This document shows, piece by piece, positions 56,912 through 64,000 of a DNA stretch of 64,000 nucleotides. The first letter of the stretch is position 1. Every line of letters starts with the position of its first letter. Made by a program: the position numbers and the translations under genes. The notes under the pieces were generated by a model. That model was not told the DNA's origin. It searched no databases and worked only from the letters and a program-made list of their open reading frames with translations. Origin of the DNA: Desulfonatronovibrio sp. (GTDB lineage: Bacteria > Desulfobacterota > Desulfovibrionia > Desulfovibrionales > Desulfonatronovibrionaceae); the NCBI GenBank assembly GCA_046541915.1, contig JBKHCI010000001.1:11083-75082 (forward strand), in the 5' to 3' direction.

Positions 56912-58888
56912 ATGACTAAGCAAACCGATGAAAGAGCAGTTAATGTAATAAAAGGATTAATAATGGACGGCGTAAGCAGGGCCAACTCCGGACATCCCGG
57001 CGGAGCCATGTCTTCAGCTGATTTTCTCTATATTCTTTTCAAAGAATTTCTTATTTTCAATCCTGATGATGACCAGTGGTTTGACCGGGACAGGTTTGTG
57101 CTTTCCGCGGGCCATGAATCAATGCTTTTGTACAGTCTTCTTTGTATGAGCGGTTTTCTGAATATTGAAGATCTCAAGGCCTTTAGGCAATTGGGAAGCA
57201 GGACTCCGGGGCATCCAGAGCATGATATGGCTCCGGGAGTAGAAGCGACCACCGGGCCTCTGGGGCAGGGAGTGGGAATGTCCGTGGGCATGGCTGTTGC
57301 CGAATCTTTTCTTCGTTCCAGACTGGGTACTGATGTCTGTGATCATTTTACGTACGCCCTGGCCTCGGACGGGGACCTTCAGGAGCCCATTGCCATGGGC
57401 AGCGCAGCCCTTGCAGGCGGGTGGGGGCTGGGCAAGCTTGTTGTTTACTACGACAGCAACAAAATACAGCTTGCAGGCCCTACTGAACGGGCAGACTGCT
57501 CTGATTATAAAAAGATTTTCGAGTCTTTCTGCTGGCAGGTTATCGAGATTGACGGACATGATCATGACCAGATCAGAAAGGCACTGACCGCGGCAAAGAC
57601 CGAGGATAAAAGGCCCACGCTGATTATCGGACATACTGTTATGGCCAGGGGAAGCGCTACCCTGGAAGGAAGCGAAGAAACCCACGGCGCGCCTTTTTCA
57701 GATGAAGAGGTTGCCAGGACAAAGGAAGCTCTTGGTCTGCCGCCTGATGAGCAGTTTTATCTGCCTCAGGATATAATAAGTCATTTCCAGGAAAGGTTTC
57801 CCATGCTTACGCAGAGGGCGGAGAAATGGAAGGAAAGACTAAGCAGGACATTGAGCGGATCGGATGAAAAATCCCGGTTCTGGGAATTTATTCATTCTGA
57901 CCCGGACAGCCGCTCCCTTGATCTGCCTGATTTTGAAGCCGGACAAAGCATTGCCACCAGAAAGGCTTTTGGTTCCTGCCTTAACGTCTTGAAGGATCAG
58001 CTGCCCAATCTTATGGGCGGGTCAGCAGACCTGGACCCCTCCAATCAGACCGTCAAGTTCAGGGAAGCAACCGGCCTGTTTCACAATAGCGACAATCCAT
58101 CAGGGCGCTATCTGGCATTTGGTGTGCGTGAATTTCCCATGGGCGCTATCTTGAACGGCATGGCCCTTCATTCCGGAGTAATGGGTTTTGGAGCGACTTT
58201 TCTGGTTTTTTCCGATTATGAGCGAAACGCCCTGCGGATGTGTGCCCTGCAGAAATTGCCGGTTCTGCACGTGTTTACCCATGATTCATTTTATGTGGGT
58301 GAGGACGGGCCGACCCACCAGCCAGTGGAACACGTAAGCTCCCTCAGGCTTATTCCCAATTTTCACGTATTCAGGCCGGCTGATGCTCAGGAGACAAAGC
58401 TCTGTCTGAACCTGGCCCTGGCTCAGACAAAAACACCCAGCGCGCTTCTGCTGACCCGCCAGGGCGTCCCGGTCCTGAATCTGGACAAGTATCCCCAGGT
58501 TGTTGAGGGTGTGAAAAAAGGGGCATATATCCTTAAAGATGTTCAGGATCCAGAGATAATTATTATTGCTTCAGGGTCTGAAGTTCATCTTGCTTATGAG
58601 GCCGCCGCCATTCTTGCCCCGGCCAAAATCAGGGTGGTAAGCGCTCCGTGCCTGGAACTTTTTGAGGCCCAGGATGATGAGTACAAAGAAAAAGTTCTGC
58701 CTGCAGGGGTCAGGAAAAGGTTTGCCATTGAAGCCGGCCGGGGAAATATCTGGTATAAGTATGTGGGGCTGGATGGATACGTATACAGTCTGGATAAATT
58801 CGGAGAATCCGCTCCCGGCAAGATCCTGGCAGAAGAATTTGGCTTTACTGCTGAACAGTTTGCCAGGTTTGTTGAAGAACGGATTTAG
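56912..58888 (+). CDS. tkt: Transketolase
   Basis: SGHPG, DRDRFVLSAGH, TPGHPE, GGSADL, FGVREF, THDS..VGEDGPTHQP; ATG 56912. Confidence 0.97.
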   Translation: MTKQTDERAVNVIKGLIMDGVSRANSGHPGGAMSSADFLYILFKEFLIFNPDDDQWFDRDRFVLSAGHESMLLYSLLCMSGFLNIEDLKAFRQLGSRTPGHPEHDMAPGVEATTGPLGQGVGMSVGMAVAESFLRSRLGTDVCDHFTYALASDGDLQEPIAMGSAALAGGWGLGKLVVYYDSNKIQLAGPTERADCSDYKKIFESFCWQVIEIDGHDHDQIRKALTAAKTEDKRPTLIIGHTVMARGSATLEGSEETHGAPFSDEEVARTKEALGLPPDEQFYLPQDIISHFQERFPMLTQRAEKWKERLSRTLSGSDEKSRFWEFIHSDPDSRSLDLPDFEAGQSIATRKAFGSCLNVLKDQLPNLMGGSADLDPSNQTVKFREATGLFHNSDNPSGRYLAFGVREFPMGAILNGMALHSGVMGFGATFLVFSDYERNALRMCALQKLPVLHVFTHDSFYVGEDGPTHQPVEHVSSLRLIPNFHVFRPADAQETKLCLNLALAQTKTPSALLLTRQGVPVLNLDKYPQVVEGVKKGAYILKDVQDPEIIIIASGSEVHLAYEAAAILAPAKIRVVSAPCLELFEAQDDEYKEKVLPAGVRKRFAIEAGRGNIWYKYVGLDGYVYSLDKFGESAPGKILAEEFGFTAEQFARFVEERI

Positions 58889-58984
58889 TTTCTTCAGGGT
58901 GATCAATAAAACCAAGATGCTGTCACCGGACTCTTACAGTTCAAATTGATTATGTAGATAATATAAATAAGAGGTACTGTTACC

Positions 58985-59662
58985 CTGCTGTTTACAATTA
59001 TTATTCCCAGTCGGGGGACAAGACCCAAGGCACTTAATCTGGCAATATCCAGCATTTTGAGGGCTGTTGATTTTGCCGGTGATGAACTTTCTGCGGAACA
59101 GGTGGAAGTGCTGGTTGGTTTTGACGGGGTAAAGGGTGAACGTACTCATCCCTGGAACAGGGTATATTATTTTGATCTTCCTAAAGATAACAATTGGGGA
59201 AATGGACTTAGAAATATCCTGCTTAAAAGAGCCAAAGGGCAAAAAATTATTTTTTTAGATGATGACAATGCCCTGACCCCAAGCGCGTTTACAACCTATA
59301 TGAAGCATCAGGCCGTTGAAATGCTTATTGCCAGAATAGACGTCAGCCGGGCTTTTGAATGTGATTTTCTTCCTATGGATTTACCCGGCAAATCCATAGT
59401 GCGTCAGGGCAATATTGATCCCTTATGCCTTTGTCTTTCCCGGGAACTGGTAGTTGTCCGTTGTGGAGGCTGGACAGACAAAGGAGGCTATGAGGCTGAT
59501 TATGTGAACATGCTTCAGTATTATAGAAGATCCAGAAGCATTAAAGTTGTTCACGATGTCGTAGGAATTTATGACGCAGGACAGGGATTAGATTCTGAGG
59601 GAATAAATTTTAGACAGGACAAGCTTTTGAAGGCAGGAGTAAAATCAAAACCCCTAATTTAA
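58985..59662 (+). CDS. Glycosyltransferase family 2 (probable CTG start)
   Basis: In-frame LLFTIIIPSRG lies upstream of the track start 59057; VGFDG, IIFLDDDN. Confidence 0.75.
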   Translation: MLFTIIIPSRGTRPKALNLAISSILRAVDFAGDELSAEQVEVLVGFDGVKGERTHPWNRVYYFDLPKDNNWGNGLRNILLKRAKGQKIIFLDDDNALTPSAFTTYMKHQAVEMLIARIDVSRAFECDFLPMDLPGKSIVRQGNIDPLCLCLSRELVVVRCGGWTDKGGYEADYVNMLQYYRRSRSIKVVHDVVGIYDAGQGLDSEGINFRQDKLLKAGVKSKPLI

Positions 59663-59713
59663 GTCCTGTTGCTTTGAGATTGCAGATCCTGATAATTATC
59701 TGGACCGGTAATT

Positions 59714-60187
59714 TTATTTTTTATTCTCCATGGGGAAGTCCACCTTGATCTTGAACATGTTTTTTGCTGGCAGATTAAGGATTTCTATGCCGGTTTTCCG
59801 GGTGATTTCCTGCAAAGATTCCTGAACAGATTCTCTGGAAGGTCCGATATAGGTAAACCAGACATTCTGTTTGTGTTTTCGCAGGTAATTGTGAGTGACC
59901 CCAGGATGGCTGTTGACCTCTGCCACGAATTCTTCCAGCTTATCTTCCGGAACACTGGCCGCGCACAGCGTACTGTGCCATCCAAGCTTTCTGGACTGAA
60001 AGTTGGCTCCGATGCGTCTGATTACGCCTGTTTGCTTGAGTTTTCTGACCCTGCTTAAGACTTCAGCTTCCGTAAGGCCGACCATTTTCCCGATAATATC
60101 GTAAGGTCTTGATTCCAGAGGAAAATCAGTTTGAATAATGTCCAGGATCTGTTTTTCTTTCCGGGATAATCCAGAGTCGTTAGTCAT
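59714..60187 (-). CDS. ahbA: Siroheme decarboxylase alpha subunit
   Basis: IQTDFPLESRPY, IRRIG, STLCAA, GVTHNYLR, NVWFT; in the ahb cluster. Confidence 0.88.
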   Translation of the reverse strand: MTNDSGLSRKEKQILDIIQTDFPLESRPYDIIGKMVGLTEAEVLSRVRKLKQTGVIRRIGANFQSRKLGWHSTLCAASVPEDKLEEFVAEVNSHPGVTHNYLRKHKQNVWFTYIGPSRESVQESLQEITRKTGIEILNLPAKNMFKIKVDFPMENKK

Positions 60188-60192
60188 CTTTT

Positions 60193-61269
60193 TTATTCCT
60201 CTCTTGCCTTGGCCGGTTCATATGTACACAAAGGTTCCGGTGCCAGAAAATCCTGTTGCATGGTAAAGGCCCTGGCCCTGCATCCTCCGCATACCCGGTG
60301 ATATTCGCATACTCCGCATTTGCCTTTGTACTGGTTTATGTCGCGAAGTTTGAGAAAGTTAGCTGAATTCTTCCAGATCTCCGGGAAAGGAGTTTCCCTG
60401 ACATTGCCGCAGTCAAGCTCGAGATAGCCACACGGCTGGACCTGTCCCACATGGGAAATAAAACAAAATCCTATTCCTCCCAGACATCCCCTGGTCATGG
60501 CGTCCAGGCCGAAATTATCCCTGTTTACCGGAATGTTTTCTTCCCGGGCCCTCTGGCGCATTATCCGGTAATAATGAGGAGCGCAGGTGGCCTTGAGGTG
60601 CATGTCCGTGGTTTTGCGAAAGTCATAAAACCAGTTGAGGACATCTTCGTATTCTCTGGCGGTTATGGTCTGGTCCGCGATTTCAGCTCCGCGTCCGGTG
60701 GGAACCAGCATGAATATATGCCAGGCAACAGATCCAAGGTCCCTGGCCAGGTTGAATATGTCCTTGAACTGATGAATATTATCCCTGGTTACAGTGGTAT
60801 TGACCTGAAAAGGTATGCCGGCCTGCTTTAAGCATTCTATCCCGTTCATGGACTGATCAAAGGCCCCGGGAACTCCCCGGAACAGATCGTGTTCCCTTGC
60901 AGTGGGTCCGTCTATGGAGATGCTGCAGCGCTGGATTCCAGCCTCTTTCATTAGTAAAGCGTTTTCCCTGGTAATCAGGGTGCCGTTAGGGGCCATAACG
61001 CAGCGAAGATTCAGGCTGTTGGCGTGGGCAACCAGATCAAATACGTCAGACCGGAGCAGGGGTTCGCCTCCGGTAAAGATGACCACCGGGTCCCCGGTCC
61101 GGGGGAAGCTGTCAATGAGCTTTATGGCCTCACTGGTTGAGAGTTCACCTTCAAAAGGTTCTGGATGGGCCTCTGCCCGGCAGTGTTTACAGGCCAGGTT
61201 GCAGGAACGGGTTATTTCCCAGGCCACTAGTTTTAAGGGCGGGGTATTTGTTAAATTCCCTGAATGCAT
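60193..61269 (-). CDS. ahbD: Heme b synthase (radical SAM/SPASM)
   Basis: AWEITRSCNLACKHCRA, KATCAPHYYR, RGCLGG, QPCGYL, CGGCRARA. Confidence 0.9.
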   Translation of the reverse strand: MHSGNLTNTPPLKLVAWEITRSCNLACKHCRAEAHPEPFEGELSTSEAIKLIDSFPRTGDPVVIFTGGEPLLRSDVFDLVAHANSLNLRCVMAPNGTLITRENALLMKEAGIQRCSISIDGPTAREHDLFRGVPGAFDQSMNGIECLKQAGIPFQVNTTVTRDNIHQFKDIFNLARDLGSVAWHIFMLVPTGRGAEIADQTITAREYEDVLNWFYDFRKTTDMHLKATCAPHYYRIMRQRAREENIPVNRDNFGLDAMTRGCLGGIGFCFISHVGQVQPCGYLELDCGNVRETPFPEIWKNSANFLKLRDINQYKGKCGVCEYHRVCGGCRARAFTMQQDFLAPEPLCTYEPAKAREE

Positions 61270-61270
61270 T

Positions 61271-62254
61271 TTATTCCTCTTGTTTCAGCCATCCGGCAAT
61301 GTCTCTGGCAAAATAGGTCAGGATAAGACCTGCCCCGGCCCTTTTTATGGAGGTAATGGTTTCCATGACGACTTTTTTCTCATCAATATAGCCCAGTCTG
61401 GCTCCGGCCTTGATCAGGCTGTATTCTCCGCTTACGTGATAGGCGGCAATGGGCAGATCAAAGTTTTGGTGCAGATTGCGGATAATATCAAGATAGGGAA
61501 GCGCAGGCTTGACCATGAGAATGTCAGCGCCTTCCTCCATGTCGGCCCGGGCTTCGCGCATGGCTTCCCTGGAATTGGCCGGGTCCATCTGATAAGTTTT
61601 GCGGTCTCCAAAGGACGGAGCGCTCTGGGCTGCATCCCTGAAAGGACCATAAAAGGCTGACGCGTATTTTACAGCGTATGACATTATGGGTAAATCCGCG
61701 TATCCGTTTTCATCCAGAACATTTCGGATAAAGCGGACCCTTCCGTCCATCATGTCTGAAGGAGCAACCATGTCAGCTCCGGCCCTGGCGTGGGAAAGGG
61801 CGGTCCTGGCCAGGAGTTCCAGGCTGGGATCGTTGAGGATCATGTCATCTTTAATAATGCCGCAGTGACCGTGGTCCATATATTCGCAGAGACAGACGTC
61901 TGTGATCACCAGCAGATCCGGATACGCGGATTTGATCCTGGCCACAGCTCTCTGGATTATGCCGGATTCATCATAGGCCTGGGAAGCCAGGCTGTCTTTT
62001 TCCGCTGGAATACCGAAGAGGATTATGCCGGTGATACCCTCTTTAACCGCCTCGCCTACATGCCTGTTCAGACTGCTTGGTCCCAGCTGGAACTGTCCGG
62101 GCATGGATTCAATGGGTTTTTCAAAGTCATCACCGACTCCGTCCACTACAAAGTAAGGCTGGATAAGATTTTCCGGTTCCAGCCTGGTTTCACGGAAAGT
62201 TTTTCTGATGGAGGCTGTTCTTCGCAGCCTGCGTCCCCGAAAAAAATTCATCAT
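61271..62254 (-). CDS. hemB: Porphobilinogen synthase
   Basis: [42 protein letters not shown]. Confidence 0.97.
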   Translation of the reverse strand: MMNFFRGRRLRRTASIRKTFRETRLEPENLIQPYFVVDGVGDDFEKPIESMPGQFQLGPSSLNRHVGEAVKEGITGIILFGIPAEKDSLASQAYDESGIIQRAVARIKSAYPDLLVITDVCLCEYMDHGHCGIIKDDMILNDPSLELLARTALSHARAGADMVAPSDMMDGRVRFIRNVLDENGYADLPIMSYAVKYASAFYGPFRDAAQSAPSFGDRKTYQMDPANSREAMREARADMEEGADILMVKPALPYLDIIRNLHQNFDLPIAAYHVSGEYSLIKAGARLGYIDEKKVVMETITSIKRAGAGLILTYFARDIAGWLKQEE

Positions 62255-62268
62255 TATTCTGCTCCAGT

Positions 62269-63450
62269 CTATTCTGATATTTCTTCATCAGTGAGATAAC
62301 ACGCCGGGTCCTGGGCCCAGATATCTCCGTAATAGGCTTCAGCCCTGGCCCTGAAATTGCCTGCGCAGACATTGAGAAACCGGCATTTGGCGCATCTTCC
62401 CCCGACATATTTCTTCTTGTCCTTGAGCCTGGCCAGAAGCTCTATGGAAGGATCATCCCAGATTTGGGAGAAAGGTCGTTCCAGCACGTTTCCAAAAGTG
62501 TGATTGCGCCAGAACTGATCCGGGTGTACCTGCCCATCCCAGGAAATACAGCCTATGCCCCGACCGGAATTATTACCTTCATTAAACTGAAGAAGCTCAA
62601 AAACCTCGGCCGCCCGTTTTGGATCTTCCTTTAACAGCCGCAGATAAACATAAGGCCCGTCAGCATGGTTATCAACAGTGAGCACTTCTTTGGGCATTCC
62701 AGCCTCAAAAAGGCTTTTGGTTTCATCCATGATCAGGTCGACCAGCTGTCTAGTACCCTCATGGGAGAGATCTTCCTTGATAAGCTCTGAACCCCGGCCG
62801 GAATAGACCAGGTGATAGAAACACACTCTGGGTATTTCTCTTTGTTTCAGAATCTCAAATATGCTGGGGACCTCATGGACATTTCTTTTATTAACAGTAA
62901 AGCGAAGTCCCACTTTAAGGCCCTCAGCCTGACAGTTTTCCACTCCCTGCATGGCTTTTTTGAAAGCACCGGGTACGCCGCGAAAATGATCATGGACTTC
63001 CTCCTGGCCGTCTATGGAAATGCCCACATAGGAAAGGCCCACATCTTTGAGTTCTCTGGCCTTGGCCTTAGTGATGAGGGTGCCGTTGGTGGAAATAACC
63101 GCTCTCATACCCTGAGCCACAGCGTGACTGGCCAGTTCTGTCAGGTCGCCGCGCACCAGTGGTTCTCCACCGGAAAAAAGCATGACCGGAGCACCGTATG
63201 AAGCCAGGTCGTCTATAATGGCCTTGCCCTGGTCAGTACTTATTTCGTCTGTGCCCAGGGTATCTTTGGCCTGGGCATAGCAATGAACACACTTCAGATT
63301 GCAGCGCTTGGTCATGTTCCAGACAACCACTGGTTTTTTGTCTTTGGAGAATTGAAGCAGGTGGGAGGGCAGCCTGCCTGCTTCCCGGCCGTAGCGCAGG
63401 GCGTCTGAAGGTTCAATTGCCGCGCAGTATAGTTTTGATATTCCGATCAT
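62269..63450 (-). CDS. ahbC: 12,18-didecarboxysiroheme deacetylase (radical SAM)
   Basis: [47 protein letters not shown]. Confidence 0.92.
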   Translation of the reverse strand: MIGISKLYCAAIEPSDALRYGREAGRLPSHLLQFSKDKKPVVVWNMTKRCNLKCVHCYAQAKDTLGTDEISTDQGKAIIDDLASYGAPVMLFSGGEPLVRGDLTELASHAVAQGMRAVISTNGTLITKAKARELKDVGLSYVGISIDGQEEVHDHFRGVPGAFKKAMQGVENCQAEGLKVGLRFTVNKRNVHEVPSIFEILKQREIPRVCFYHLVYSGRGSELIKEDLSHEGTRQLVDLIMDETKSLFEAGMPKEVLTVDNHADGPYVYLRLLKEDPKRAAEVFELLQFNEGNNSGRGIGCISWDGQVHPDQFWRNHTFGNVLERPFSQIWDDPSIELLARLKDKKKYVGGRCAKCRFLNVCAGNFRARAEAYYGDIWAQDPACYLTDEEISE

Positions 63451-63518
63451 AATATATCCTTGATGTTAATTTTGGTTAAGATGTTAAATAGTTTATCAAA
63501 AATGTAGAATCTGGAAAA

Positions 63519-63857
63519 TTACTGTAAGGTATCTGTGGGAGGCGGTGCATGGTGAATAGCCTTGACCAGCTGCTGGCGGGAAGTAAGCAGGTTTTCCCGG
63601 AGTTCCAGTTTTGTTTCCTGGGGCAGTTTTGTAAAATCTTTGCTTTCCACCAGCTCTGTAAGCCTGTTCATTTCATCTCTGATCCTGCTTAGTTTGTTCC
63701 TGTTCTGTTTCTGCTCGGGATTGATCCGGGATGCTATTTCAGCAAGATGCGTCAGCTCATCTGCCAGTTTACGCAGTTCACAGACCTGGATGGATTTTTT
63801 TTGTGACTGCTTTTTGTTCAGTCTGCTGAAGTAATGCTTTATTCTTTGCAGCATCAT
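63519..63857 (-). CDS. Hypothetical helical protein
   Basis: 112-aa ORF co-oriented with its neighbours, ending PPTDTLQ. Confidence 0.7.
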   Translation of the reverse strand: MMLQRIKHYFSRLNKKQSQKKSIQVCELRKLADELTHLAEIASRINPEQKQNRNKLSRIRDEMNRLTELVESKDFTKLPQETKLELRENLLTSRQQLVKAIHHAPPPTDTLQ

Positions 63858-63877
63858 AAATAATCAGGTTTGTCAGA

Positions 63878-64000
63878 CTAATACAGTAAGGCTGCCGCCA
63901 TAATCAGCACTACAACCGGCGCCAGCATAGCCATGACGATCCTTATAAAAGATGTTTCATGGATGTTTTTATAGCCAATAATGGTAATCACCAGAGACCA
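63878..64000 (-). CDS. C-terminus of a membrane protein, possibly YIP1 family (partial)
   Basis: WSLVITIIGYKNIHETSFIRIVMAMLAPVVVLIMAAALLY*. Confidence 0.55.
   Translation of the reverse strand, partial: WSLVITIIGYKNIHETSFIRIVMAMLAPVVVLIMAAALLY

Noticed and set aside
59714-63450. ahbB missing from the heme cluster
   Set aside because: ahbB is also unlinked from ahbC-hemB-ahbD-ahbA in Desulfovibrio

Overview
This window looks like core chromosome from a sulfate-reducing Desulfovibrionales-like bacterium; the taxon is inferred from gene content, not from a database search. It carries a contiguous sat-aprBA-qmoABC sulfate-reduction cluster. Divergent from sat lie genes for a CBS protein, an SLC13/DASS transporter, an NTF2-like protein and an atypical PEP-synthase-like protein. 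Further along are lpxC (with a sigma54 promoter), an RND pump, livKHMGF, an EndoQ-UvrD fusion, cbiR-cobU, polA, argC, radA, hpt, a core MetH, rpoH, rpiB-tkt and ahbC-hemB-ahbD-ahbA. I found no rRNA, tRNA, CRISPR array, prophage or transposase. The most unusual signals are mostly non-coding: (i) a ~257-bp MITE-like element with terminal inverted repeats and a target-site duplication, plus partial copies; (ii) three long hairpins with unrelated stems that share an internal ACTCNCT...GNTCARACA motif; (iii) modular, nested REP-like palindromes at three loci; (iv) a strong sigma54 promoter placed to give a leaderless 48-aa ORF; (v) a glycosyltransferase that appears to need a CTG start. I cannot establish a new system from sequence alone. 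All product calls come from motif recognition by eye.
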